Source: Candidatus Latescibacterota bacterium (lineage in GTDB: Bacteria; Latescibacterota; CBDEFO01). From it: a stretch of DNA of 64,000 nucleotides. Positions 40,570 through 50,575 of this stretch are shown here, one piece after another. Each line of letters starts with the position of its first letter. The stretch's first letter is position 1. Below the pieces are notes generated by a model. The model had not been told where the DNA came from. It did no database searches and saw only the letters and a list, made by a program, of their open reading frames with translations. Location of the stretch: NCBI GenBank assembly GCA_965248755.1, contig OZ252149.1:672001-736000 (forward strand). The letters are read 5' to 3'. The position numbers and the translations under genes were made by a program.

Positions 40570-41772
40570 ATGTTAAGGTCTCTGTTCCAGAAAAAAGAGG
40601 AAAAGCCCGAGCTTCCGGTTGGATTTGACAGTCCCCCTCCACACACCATTGGCGTTGAATTTGAAGGCGAGGACATGATCTTAAATATGGGTCCTCAGCA
40701 TCCGAGCACCCATGGGGTTTTGAGATTAGAGCTTGTGACCGACGGCGAAATCGTGGAGAAGGTGACGCCACATATAGGCTACCTCCACAGATGCTTCGAA
40801 AAACACTCGGAAAATATGACATATCCCGAAGTCATGCCCTATACGGACAGGATGGACTACATTGCTTCAATGAACCAGAACTTCGCATATGCACTGACAG
40901 TAGAAAGGCTCATGGACCTTCAGGTCCCGGAGAGAGTCGAATATATAAGGGTCATAGTAGCCGAACTCAACAGGATCGCAAGCCACCTTGTCAGCGTCGG
41001 CACCTACGGACTCGATATAGGGGCGTTCACGCCCTTTCTGTGGGCGTTCAGGGATCGAGAAAAAATATTAGACCTTCTGGAATGGCTCAGCGGGGCAAGG
41101 ATGCTCTATAACTACATCTGGATCGGAGGTGTCGCAAGAGACCTTCCTGACGGCTTTCTCGATAAGACGGAAGAGTTTCTGGATTACTTCGAGCCCAAGA
41201 TTGATGAGCTTAACGGCCTTTTGTCCTTCAACAAGATATTCATCGCAAGGACAGCCGAGGTCGGCATCCTCCCTCCCGAAGTAGCGATAAGCTACGGGGT
41301 CACGGGGCCCAACCTCAGGGGTTCAGGTGTCAGATGGGACCTCAGATTAGACGATCCTTACTCTATCTACGACAGATTTGAATTCGACATCCCCATCGGA
41401 ACCGACCAACACGGACCTGTAGGCTCCTGCTGGAACAGATACATGGTCAGGATATGGGAGATGAAGGAGTCCGTTAAGATCATACACCAAGCCCTGGACC
41501 ATGGCATCCCCGAAGGCGATGTTCACGAAGCCATACCCAAAAGGATCAGACCTCCCGAAGGCGACATATACGTCCGCACAGAGACGCCAAGAGGAGAATT
41601 AGGCTTCTATTTAGTCAGCGACGGATCCGACACACCCTACAGGCTCAAGGCAAGATCTCCCTGCTTTACGGCTATAAGCGTCCTGAATGAAATCGCCCGC
41701 GGCGGGATGGTAGCAGATCTGGTGGCTATCGTCGGAAGCTTGGACGTAGTCATGGGAGAAATAGACAGATAG
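40570..41772 (+). CDS. nuoD: NADH-quinone oxidoreductase subunit D
   Basis: LNMGPQHPSTHGVLRL, GYLHRCFEK, ETPRGELG, DVVMGEIDR; no hydrogenase CxxC motifs. Confidence 0.96.
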   Translation: MLRSLFQKKEEKPELPVGFDSPPPHTIGVEFEGEDMILNMGPQHPSTHGVLRLELVTDGEIVEKVTPHIGYLHRCFEKHSENMTYPEVMPYTDRMDYIASMNQNFAYALTVERLMDLQVPERVEYIRVIVAELNRIASHLVSVGTYGLDIGAFTPFLWAFRDREKILDLLEWLSGARMLYNYIWIGGVARDLPDGFLDKTEEFLDYFEPKIDELNGLLSFNKIFIARTAEVGILPPEVAISYGVTGPNLRGSGVRWDLRLDDPYSIYDRFEFDIPIGTDQHGPVGSCWNRYMVRIWEMKESVKIIHQALDHGIPEGDVHEAIPKRIRPPEGDIYVRTETPRGELGFYLVSDGSDTPYRLKARSPCFTAISVLNEIARGGMVADLVAIVGSLDVVMGEIDR

Positions 41773-41827
41773 AAGATGTGCAAAAGGTCTGTTCTAAGCA
41801 GATTACTCATCTTAAACGCCTTTCTAC

Positions 41828-41880
41828 ATAGGGCTCCTGAATCCCCGGATGACAAGTCCAGACAGGAGCCCTATTATTTT
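41828..41880 (+). terminator. Putative terminator after nuoD
   Basis: atagggctcctg...caggagccctat followed by tatttt. Confidence 0.5.
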
Positions 41881-42275
41881 GGTAAGTGTTGGTCAGCAGG
41901 AAAGACCAGACGGGTATTAGTACGCAGGTAGATGGACGGGTGGCGGAGGTTTCAGTCTCTGTGCACTGAGGGAAGGGCTTTTTGTCAGAGTTAAAGACGC
42001 GGGACTGCTGATGATCAGTTCTGAGTACACCGATGAGCTTCTGGTAGCTGTAGTGGCAACCTGGAGGATTTGAGGCTGAACAATGCTGAAGAAAAGATTA
42101 CGAAATCCTTCCTTGAAGCCATAGTTAAGTGATTTTCCGATGGTAAATCCCTGACCATATACTGTTTTAAGCGGGCAACGGGTCTGAAGATGCCAGAGGA
42201 GGTCAAGGTCAAGCGGATGCCGAAGGAGTTACAAATCCCAAGATATCTTTACACTTTACAAAATGGAGGTCCAGA

Positions 42276-42452
42276 ATGAAAACCTTCACCCCTTATGTTG
42301 AGTGGGACCGTGAGACCAGACTCTATGGGGGTATAGTTCCGGGCATCCCAGGCGCACATACTCAAGAGGCCACCTTGGATGAACTCCGTAAGAATCTCAA
42401 GGAAGTGCTGGAATTGTGCGCAGAGGAGAGCAAGGAGGTTCAAGATGTCTAA
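42276..42452 (+). CDS. hicB: HicB-family antitoxin (short; not in ORF track)
   Basis: MKTFTPYVEWDRETRLYGGIVPGIPGAHTQEATLDELRKNLKEVLELC; GGAGG RBS. Confidence 0.75.
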   Translation: MKTFTPYVEWDRETRLYGGIVPGIPGAHTQEATLDELRKNLKEVLELCAEESKEVQDV

Positions 42453-42666
42453 GAAGTTTACTGCTGTGATCACGAAGGAGGAAAACTGGTATGTGGCCCA
42501 TTGTGTGGAATTGGGAGTAGTCAGCCAGGGAAAGACGATAGAGGAGGCACAAGCGAACCTTAAGGAGGCTGTGGAACTTTACCTGGAGAGTTTTGGGACA
42601 GAAGACTTACCTGAGAGCTTGGGGGAGGTAGTTCTTTATCCTCTTGAGGTAGTAGTCAGTGGCTAA
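42445..42666 (+). CDS. hicB: HicB-family antitoxin
   Basis: WYVAHCVELGVVSQGKTIEEAQANLKEAVELYLE. Confidence 0.88.
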   Translation: MSKKFTAVITKEENWYVAHCVELGVVSQGKTIEEAQANLKEAVELYLESFGTEDLPESLGEVVLYPLEVVVSG

Positions 42667-42884
42667 ACTCCCTGTACTTTCGGGTGATGAGTTGATCAAG
42701 GCTCGTCAGGAAGACAGGTTTCCAAGTCGTGCGTAAAAGAGGGAGCCATGTTACCCTTCGGAAGGGAAGCTACAACACGGTCGTTCCCCTTCATCACGAG
42801 TTGGCAAAAGGTACACTTCTTGGAATCCTTAAACAGTGTGGTCTCAGCCGAGACGACCTTGAAGAATTGCTGGAGAAGATATGA
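42659..42884 (+). pseudogene. hicA: HicA-family toxin with +1 frameshift
   Basis: VAKLPVLSGDELIKA / RKTGFQVVRKRGSHVTLRK..VVPLHHELAKGTLLGILKQ; 226 nt = 75 codons + 1. Confidence 0.85.
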
Positions 42885-43180
42885 ACATCATAAAGGACTT
42901 TGCGCGGGATATGAGCCTCTGTAAACCTCAACGAGAGGGTCTGGAGGTCTTTGATCGAGTTGTGACATCCTCTCCGATTGGTCGGGGTATCACAAAAAGC
43001 AGAACCTTGGTGCTATGATGGTCGGTGAACCTTCAGTCTCCTATGCCGTTGCCCCAGGAGAAAGAGGAATAAAGAAAAAACAGGAAGAATGGGCAGAGAC
43101 AACAAAAATGACGCAAGCAAATATTGCAGCGAGTACAAGCATAGCAATGAAACTCGAAAAGGATAATGGGGAAAGATCAA

Positions 43181-44578
43181 ATGGCAGATGAATTCGATTT
43201 AGCCATCATCGGCAGCGGACCGGGAGGATACACCGCGGCTATCAGGGCGTCGCAATTGGGAATGAATACAGCCCTGATCGAAAGAGACAGGCTCGGAGGC
43301 GTATGCCTAAACTGGGGATGCATCCCCAGCAAAGCCCTCCTGAGGAGCGCGGAGATCTACCAGCTCATCCGTAGAGCAGACGAATTCGGGATAAAACTGG
43401 ACAATCTCGGCTTCGATTTTGAAAAGATTATCAAAAGGAGCAGAAGGACAGCCCAGAGACTCTCAAAAGGCGTAGAATATCTGATGAGTAAAAACAAGAT
43501 CACCGTCTATAAAGGGAGCGGAAGGTTTTCCTCAAAGGGCAATATAGACGTCATAGACGACGATGGGAAGGTTGTTGAATCCCTTACCTATAAAAATGCA
43601 ACAATATCCACAGGTGCAAGACCGAGATCTCTTCCCAATGTGGCGATAGACAGGGCGAAGATCATCACAAGCAGCGAGGCTATGAACCTGGAGACTTTCC
43701 CCGAATCCATGGTAATCATCGGAGGAGGAGCCATAGGAGTGGAGTTTGCCTACTTCTACAACGCCTTCGGATGCGAGGTCACACTGATGGAGATGATGCC
43801 CAGCATCCTCCCCCTGGAAGATAGTGAAATTACAGACGTACTCACCAAATCGCTTTCCAAGAGCAGAATAGAGATATTGACAGATTGCAGAGTGGAAAGT
43901 GTAGATACGACCTCAGAAGATGTTAAGGTGATCGCATCTGCAAAGGGGGATAAGATAGAACGCAGCGGAAATATCGTTCTGATGGCTGTAGGAGTTCAGG
44001 GAAATATAGAGAACATAGGACTGGAAGAATTAGGCATAGAGACAGAAAGAGGATTTATAAAAGTGGATGAAACCCTCCAGACCACCGTCTACGGAATATA
44101 CGCCATAGGGGACGTAGTCGGGCCCCCCTTATTAGCTCACGTCGCATCCTCAGAGGGCGTTTCAGTGGTAGAGACGACGGCAGGTATCGAAAGAGATCGT
44201 ATTGACTATGGCAACATCCCCTCCTGCACATACTGTCAACCCCAGGTAGCAAGCACAGGGCTTACAGAAGAGCAGGCAAAAAAGGAAGGTTACGAGGTCA
44301 AAATAGGAAGATTCCCGTTTCAAGCCAGTGGGAAGTCGATCGCCATCGGAGAAAACGAAGGACTGGTCAAGCTCATCTTCGACGCCGAGTACGGACAGAT
44401 ATTGGGTGGCCACATCGTAGGTGCAGAAGCCACAGAGATGATAGCCGAGCTCTGCACAGCTAAAACCCTTGAATCCACATACCATGAGCTTTTAAAGACC
44501 CCTCATGCTCACCCCACCCTATCAGAAGCCGTAATGGAGGCCGCAGGACAGGCTTACGGTGAGGCGATCAATATTTAG
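43181..44578 (+). CDS. lpdA: Dihydrolipoyl dehydrogenase
   Basis: GSGPGG, GGVCLNWGCIPSK, GGGAIG, HAHPTLSE. Confidence 0.96.
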   Translation: MADEFDLAIIGSGPGGYTAAIRASQLGMNTALIERDRLGGVCLNWGCIPSKALLRSAEIYQLIRRADEFGIKLDNLGFDFEKIIKRSRRTAQRLSKGVEYLMSKNKITVYKGSGRFSSKGNIDVIDDDGKVVESLTYKNATISTGARPRSLPNVAIDRAKIITSSEAMNLETFPESMVIIGGGAIGVEFAYFYNAFGCEVTLMEMMPSILPLEDSEITDVLTKSLSKSRIEILTDCRVESVDTTSEDVKVIASAKGDKIERSGNIVLMAVGVQGNIENIGLEELGIETERGFIKVDETLQTTVYGIYAIGDVVGPPLLAHVASSEGVSVVETTAGIERDRIDYGNIPSCTYCQPQVASTGLTEEQAKKEGYEVKIGRFPFQASGKSIAIGENEGLVKLIFDAEYGQILGGHIVGAEATEMIAELCTAKTLESTYHELLKTPHAHPTLSEAVMEAAGQAYGEAINI

Positions 44579-44700
44579 CAGAGACAAGAGCGTGCGCTTT
44601 ATCTCGTACTAACAATTTATTTACCTGAGTTATCTTTCGATCTGGTGCAAACTTAGGAAATTCTCTCCCATAATCGACCCGAAAATTCTGAAATGGGGGG

Positions 44701-44729
44701 TTGACATTTCGTGTGATATGAATTATGTT
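44701..44729 (+). promoter_or_regulatory. Candidate sigma70 promoter for dnaE
   Basis: TTGACA, 17-nt spacer, TATGTT. Confidence 0.45.
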
Positions 44730-44920
44730 TACTACCACAAAAAGATCCCCTTTCCCCTTTGAATTAAACCTAATCTCCCCGATAAGTTAAACAAGTACAG
44801 GTTCTTATGAATGTAATGTCTTCCCGTACCAGGGAGATGTCATCTTTCCTGAAACTCCCCTTTTGAGCTATACTCTTTCACTCTAACACCTTTATCTTTG
44901 GAGCGATTCGGAGGAGCCTC

Positions 44921-47900
44921 ATGCCATCAGCCGGTTTTGTTCATCTGCACAACCATACCATGTACAGCCTTCTGGACGGTGCCGTCAAGATCGAGGATAT
45001 GGCTCAGCGAGCATCAGACTTGGGAATGCCCGCCATCGCCATCACCGATCACGGAAACATGTTCGGAGCCGTGGAGTTCTACAAGAAAGTTAAGGAAAAA
45101 GGCATAAAACCCATAATCGGCTGCGAAGTCTACGTCGCAATCGAGGGGATGAATAGCAGAAGAGAGGTTATGGGCATAAAGGACGGAGCCAATCACCTCG
45201 TCCTCTTAGCCAAAAACAACAAGGGCTACAAAAACCTTATGAAGATAGTCTCAGCAGCCTATCTGGAAGGTTTCTACTACCACCCGAGAGTCGATAAAGA
45301 GATCCTGAAAGAATACTCCGAAGGACTCATATGTCTTTCGGCCTGTCTCAAAGGTGAACTCCCCTACCTTATCAGCATGAATCGACCGGAAAAAGCTAAA
45401 GAAGCCGCCTCGAAGTACCTGGAAATATTTGGTGAAGGGAACTACTATATAGAACTCCAAAGACACGGGATAAAGGAACAGGGGGAAGCCAATCCCGTCC
45501 TGATAGAAATAAGCAAGGAACTCGGCATACCGCTTGTGGCTACCAACGACGCCCACTATCTCCAGCAGGACCACACAAGCATGCACGACGTTTTGATCTG
45601 CATTCAGACCGGAAAGACCATAGAAGACGAAAAGCGGATGAAGTTCATAACTGACCAGGTCTATCTCAAATCCCCCGAAGAAATGCACAACCTATTCTCA
45701 GACGTCCCCGAAGCTGTGGAAAACACAGTGCAGATAGCCGAGAAGTGCGACGTAGAGATAGAACTTGGTAGACTCCACCTCCCGGCCTATCCCCTCCCCC
45801 AAGGATACGATTTTCCTGAGAAGTATCTGGAAGACCTTGCGCGCGAGGGGCTCCAAAAACGCTACGACGAGATCATGCCCGAAGTAGAAGAACGCTTCAA
45901 CTTTGAGATGGATATCATCAAAAAGACGGACTATGCGGGATACTTTCTCATCGTAGCCGACTACGTAAGATACGCACTGGAAAATGGAATAAGAGTAGGA
46001 TACGGCAGAGGCTCAGGTGCTGCAAGCATTGTAGCTTATGCCCTGGGTATAACGGGAATAGACCCGATCAAATACGACCTGATATTCGAAAGGTTTCTGA
46101 ACCTTGAGCGCATCGAGATGCCCGACTTCGACATAGATTTTTCGGACAAAGATAGGATCATCTCTTACGTGACAGGCAAGTATGGTTCCGACAGCGTATG
46201 TCAGGTCATCACGTTCGGGACGATGGCGGCAAAGGGCGTCGTCAGAGACGTAGGCAGAGCCATGGGAATACCTTACTCAGAGGTGGACAGGATTGCCAAA
46301 CTGATACCCAATGAGTTGGGAATAACTCTTGAGGGAGCCTTAAAGTCAGTCCCCGAACTCAAAGCGATGGAAAAGTCCGACGGTCCACAAGCTGAGCTCA
46401 TACACTACGCCAAATTCTTAGAGGGCTTAGCCAGACATGCGTCCGTACATGCGGCTGCAGTAATCATAGTCCCCGGTAAACTCACAGACTACGTGCCGCT
46501 TTACAAATCCCCAAAAGGAGACAAGATTACAACGCAGTACGACATGGACATCTGCAAGGATCTGGGTCTTTTAAAGATGGATTTTCTGGGTTTGAAAGAG
46601 CTTTCCCTACAAGACAACGTCGTTAAAATGGTAAGCGAGTACACCCCCGACTTCAATATCGAAAAGATACCTCTCGACGACAAGAAGACCTATGAACTGT
46701 TCGGAAGGGGAGACACCTGGGGCGTATTCCAGTTTGAAAGTCAGGGCATGAGAGAGAGTTTAAGGAAGTTGAAACCCGACAACATCGAAGACCTGATAGC
46801 TATGAATGCCCTCTACAGACCCGGTCCTATGGCTTACATACCCGATTACATAGCCCGCAAGCACGGGGTGAGTATAGAATACGATCACCCTCTATTAGAA
46901 CCCGTACTGAAGGATACCTATGGGGTCATAGTCTATCAGGAACAGGTGCTTAGGATAGCAAGAGACTTAGCTGGCTTTACCTTGGGAGAGGCGGACATAT
47001 TAAGAGCTGCTATGAGCAAAAAGAAGATGGAAATTATGGAGAAGCAGAAGGGAAAATTTTTTGAGGGATGTGAAAAAAAAGGCGTCGAGCCCAAGATCGC
47101 CGAAAAGATTTACAACGATATTGCCGTCTTCTCAGGCTATGCTTTCAACAGAGCTCATGCCGCCTGCTACGCTGTGATGGCTTACCAGAACGGCTACCTA
47201 AAAGCCAACTATCCTAAAGAATTTATGGCTGGCAGCCTTACCAACGACATGTCCGACAGCGACAAGATGGCATTGATGATCGAAGAATGCAAAAGGATTG
47301 GTATCGAACTCTTGCCTCCGGACATCAACGAAAGCCAGGCGGACTTTACAGTCACAGAAGAAGGTGTAAGATTTGGCCTTGCCGCCCTCAAGAACGTCGG
47401 AAGAGGAGCAGCAGACGCTATCAGCCAGGCCATAAAGAGAGTCGGAAAGTTCGAGACAATATTCGACTTCTGTGAGACAGTCGATCTGAGAACTGTGAAC
47501 AGAAGGGCCATAGAAAGTCTTATATGTGCAGGAGCTACAGACTCTATAGAGGGACACCGAGCACAACTCATACAAACTCTGAATACCGCTATCGAATCTG
47601 CCCAATTTGCGCAGGACCAAAGGGTGAAGGGCCAAATTTCACTCTTTGACGATAATCAGATAACGTCTGGTCGCACAGGTAAAAGGACCCTTCCTCCAGT
47701 CGAGGAGTGGACTGAGACACAAATGCTCGAAAAGGAAAAGGAGGTCTTGGGATTTTTCATGTCAGGTCATCCGCTCAAAAAATACGAAGATCAGCTAAAC
47801 GCCCTCATTGCCCATCCTTCGGACACCCTCCCTCAGCTTTCAAAGGGGGCCCCAGTCAAAATAGGAGGCATCATAACAGATGTCCGCCGAAACACAGATA

Positions 47901-48340
47901 AGAAAGGCGCACAGATGGCGTTCATCACACTGGAAGATCTCAAAGGCGCTGTGGACGTAGTCGCCTTCTCGGAGACATACGGAAAATACAGCTCTTTGAT
48001 TGAACCGGACAAATTAGTCATCATAAAAGGCAGGATGTCCGCCAACGGAAATAAGAGTGTCCAGGCAGAAGAGTTTGTCGTTCTGGATGAAGCCCTAAAG
48101 GGCAACGTCAAAGCCGTTAACCTTTCTATCCCCTTTGAACTTGTTGAAAGGGGTAAATTGATGGAGCTGAGGAAACTCTGCGAAATGTACAGCGGAGAAT
48201 GTGATATTCTAATCCATCTGGAAGACGAAGGCAACTCTAAATCTGTAATAAGGTCCAGAACCGTGACCGTCTCCCCCTCCAGCGATCTTATATCCGCTCT
48301 CAAATCCAGATTGGGAGAGGACAGGGTATGGATGAAATAA
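44921..48340 (+). CDS. dnaE: DNA polymerase III alpha subunit
   Basis: PHP motifs HLHNHT/TDHG, GRGSGAAS, catalytic MPDFDIDF, KMDFLG, YAFNRAH, QISLF clamp-binding motif. Confidence 0.98.
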   Translation: MPSAGFVHLHNHTMYSLLDGAVKIEDMAQRASDLGMPAIAITDHGNMFGAVEFYKKVKEKGIKPIIGCEVYVAIEGMNSRREVMGIKDGANHLVLLAKNNKGYKNLMKIVSAAYLEGFYYHPRVDKEILKEYSEGLICLSACLKGELPYLISMNRPEKAKEAASKYLEIFGEGNYYIELQRHGIKEQGEANPVLIEISKELGIPLVATNDAHYLQQDHTSMHDVLICIQTGKTIEDEKRMKFITDQVYLKSPEEMHNLFSDVPEAVENTVQIAEKCDVEIELGRLHLPAYPLPQGYDFPEKYLEDLAREGLQKRYDEIMPEVEERFNFEMDIIKKTDYAGYFLIVADYVRYALENGIRVGYGRGSGAASIVAYALGITGIDPIKYDLIFERFLNLERIEMPDFDIDFSDKDRIISYVTGKYGSDSVCQVITFGTMAAKGVVRDVGRAMGIPYSEVDRIAKLIPNELGITLEGALKSVPELKAMEKSDGPQAELIHYAKFLEGLARHASVHAAAVIIVPGKLTDYVPLYKSPKGDKITTQYDMDICKDLGLLKMDFLGLKELSLQDNVVKMVSEYTPDFNIEKIPLDDKKTYELFGRGDTWGVFQFESQGMRESLRKLKPDNIEDLIAMNALYRPGPMAYIPDYIARKHGVSIEYDHPLLEPVLKDTYGVIVYQEQVLRIARDLAGFTLGEADILRAAMSKKKMEIMEKQKGKFFEGCEKKGVEPKIAEKIYNDIAVFSGYAFNRAHAACYAVMAYQNGYLKANYPKEFMAGSLTNDMSDSDKMALMIEECKRIGIELLPPDINESQADFTVTEEGVRFGLAALKNVGRGAADAISQAIKRVGKFETIFDFCETVDLRTVNRRAIESLICAGATDSIEGHRAQLIQTLNTAIESAQFAQDQRVKGQISLFDDNQITSGRTGKRTLPPVEEWTETQMLEKEKEVLGFFMSGHPLKKYEDQLNALIAHPSDTLPQLSKGAPVKIGGIITDVRRNTDKKGAQMAFITLEDLKGAVDVVAFSETYGKYSSLIEPDKLVIIKGRMSANGNKSVQAEEFVVLDEALKGNVKAVNLSIPFELVERGKLMELRKLCEMYSGECDILIHLEDEGNSKSVIRSRTVTVSPSSDLISALKSRLGEDRVWMK

Positions 48341-48351
48341 ATAGAGGGCAG

Positions 48352-48374
48352 CCCCCGATAGATTCAATCGGGGG
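48352..48374. repeat. CCCCGAT hairpin
   Basis: cccccgatagattcaatcggggg between dnaE and dusB. Confidence 0.8.
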
Positions 48375-48429
48375 TGAGCAGGGACATCTCCTCTCTCTAC
48401 CAGCTATCTCAGTGAATGGGAGCTCCTCA

Positions 48430-49422
48430 ATGGTCAAAATAGGAAATTTGCAGATCCAAGAAAAGACCATCTTGGCGCCGATGTGCGGCATATCCGATTC
48501 CCCCTTTAGACGACTCTGTAAAGAGTTTGGAGCAGGACTGGTCTATACAGAGATGATAAGCGTAGATGGAATATTAAAAGGAAACGAAAAGACAAAGCGC
48601 TTGGCAAAATTCACCGAGTCCGAACACCCTATAGGAATACAGGTCGTCAGCAGCGATCCCAGACTCGCTGCAGAAGGAGCTAAGATCGCGGCGGACCTGG
48701 GTCCCGATCTGATAGATATCAACTTCGGATGCCCCGTCCCCAAGATCGTCAACCAGATGGCAGGAGCCGCCGCACTCAAGGACCCACCCTTGATGAGCAG
48801 AATCATAAAATCAGTATCCAGTGCTGTAGATGTTCCAGTCACAATAAAGACCAGGAGTGGGTGGTCACAAGACACAATAAACGCTCAAGAGATAGGGAGA
48901 ATTGCAGAAGAGTCCGGCGCCAGTGCAATAGCACTCCACGCCAGAACCAGGAAGATGAGATTCTCCGGAAGGGCTGACTGGAGCTTAATAAGACAGGTAA
49001 AAGATGCAGTATCCATCCCCGTCATAGGAAACGGGGATATTACGACTCCCGAAGGTGCCCTTGTGATGCTTCAGGAGACCGGGTGCGATTTAGTCATGAT
49101 CGGAAGGGGAGCTGTGGGGAACCCGTGGATATTCAAGAGGATGAAGGGCCTCCTGAAGACTGGCAAACTTACTCCCGAACCGACTCCTGCAGAGAGAATA
49201 GAAATGTGTATTAGACACCTGGATATGCTCATCGAGGAAAAGGGCGAATACGTGGCTGTAAGAGAGATGAGAAAACATATAGGCCCGTACACAAGGGGCA
49301 TGAAAAACGGTGCTATCTTTAGAGATAAGATTGTCAGAAAAGACGAACCGGATGAGATCAAAGGATTGCTGAGACAACTTGCTCAACTACAAGAGGAACT
49401 ACCGGTGACTTTACCCCTGTGA
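48430..49422 (+). CDS. dusB: tRNA-dihydrouridine synthase B
   Basis: LAPMCG, YTEMIS, DINFGCP, LHART, IGNGDI, MIGRGA.GNPWIF. Confidence 0.93.
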   Translation: MVKIGNLQIQEKTILAPMCGISDSPFRRLCKEFGAGLVYTEMISVDGILKGNEKTKRLAKFTESEHPIGIQVVSSDPRLAAEGAKIAADLGPDLIDINFGCPVPKIVNQMAGAAALKDPPLMSRIIKSVSSAVDVPVTIKTRSGWSQDTINAQEIGRIAEESGASAIALHARTRKMRFSGRADWSLIRQVKDAVSIPVIGNGDITTPEGALVMLQETGCDLVMIGRGAVGNPWIFKRMKGLLKTGKLTPEPTPAERIEMCIRHLDMLIEEKGEYVAVREMRKHIGPYTRGMKNGAIFRDKIVRKDEPDEIKGLLRQLAQLQEELPVTLPL

Positions 49423-49465
49423 GGATTACAAAGCAGCAGGACAGACATTCACCTCCCCCAGTGCG

Positions 49466-50233
49466 ATGAATCCAGAGAGAATAAGAGAAATTCTACAGAA
49501 GATAGAAGATGGCACACTCGATGTGGATGAGGCGACAGATCAATTAAGATCGCTGCCCTTTGAGGATCTGGGGTTTGCCAATGTAGATCACCACCGGGCC
49601 TTAAGGCGCGGCTTTCCAGAGGTGGTGCTCTGCCAGGGCAAGACAAAGGAACAGATAGTCCGAATCTCCGAAAGCATACTTGAGGCAGGATCAGTACTCC
49701 TTGCCACAAGAGCCGATCAAGAGGCGGGAGAAGCCGTAAGAAAAGCCATTCCTTACGCCCGGTACAACCCCGTAGGCAGAACCATCATCGCCCGTCCTAA
49801 AGGGTCACAAGAATTACAGGAAGACGGCAAAGGCACAATCTTAATAATCACAGCGGGCACGTCAGACATCCCCGTAGCAGAGGAGGCCTCCGACACGGCC
49901 CAGGTAATGGGCAACAGGGTCGAAACGCTCTTCGACGTAGGAGTTGCAGGCATTCATCGCCTCTTGGAACGAAGAGAACTCATCCACTCTGCGGCCGTCA
50001 TTATCGTGGTCGCCGGGATGGAAGGGGCGCTGGCAAGCGTGGTCGGTGGTCTGGTAGACGTTCCCGTCATCGGCGTTCCGACGAGCGTGGGCTACGGGGC
50101 TAGTTTCGCCGGTCTGGCCGCCTTATTAGGAATGCTCACGTCCTGCGCATCGGGAGTTACGGTCGTTGGCATAGACAACGGCTTTGGAGCGGGCTACGCC
50201 GCAAGTTTGATAAACAGGGTCAGAGAGGATTGA
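49466..50233 (+). CDS. larB: Nickel-pincer cofactor biosynthesis protein LarB (PurE-like)
   Basis: DHHRALRRGFPEV, AGTSDIPVAEE, DVGVAGIHRL, AGMEGAL, VPTSVGYG, IDNGFGA. Confidence 0.93.
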   Translation: MNPERIREILQKIEDGTLDVDEATDQLRSLPFEDLGFANVDHHRALRRGFPEVVLCQGKTKEQIVRISESILEAGSVLLATRADQEAGEAVRKAIPYARYNPVGRTIIARPKGSQELQEDGKGTILIITAGTSDIPVAEEASDTAQVMGNRVETLFDVGVAGIHRLLERRELIHSAAVIIVVAGMEGALASVVGGLVDVPVIGVPTSVGYGASFAGLAALLGMLTSCASGVTVVGIDNGFGAGYAASLINRVRED

Positions 50234-50575
50234 GCACTTCGCCACGTTCAAATCTCAGATTCAAAAGATGAGACTAAACTACTTATCAAGACTTGGCACC
50301 TTAAATGAAACCAATCGAGCCTACCGCCTTCGGCACGTCTCGACATAGGCACTGCGCGGGCGGGGCTTCAGACCTGGCCCTTAGGTGCTGCCCCCTACGA
50401 TGCATGAGATGGCATTCCTCCGCCACTGGTGAGTGATGGTATTCCGTCATATTTTTTATAAAGGAGATAGACAGTAAAATAGTTGGACTATCCCCGCTGG
50501 TCTGCCCTGACAGTAGTCAGGCTATCTCCTGCCCTCCCTGTATGCTTTCTGCTGGAACAAAAGAAACCTAATAAT

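Noticed and set aside
38687..41772. Group 4 [NiFe] hydrogenase
   Set aside because: The large subunit lacks both CxxC Ni-binding motifs and ends GEIDR like NuoD.
48328..48429. N-terminal extensions of dusB (also prcA 10400, ATPase 18547, MFS 52956, globin 52559)
   Set aside because: The extensions consist of intergenic repeat DNA; downstream ATGs match the family starts.
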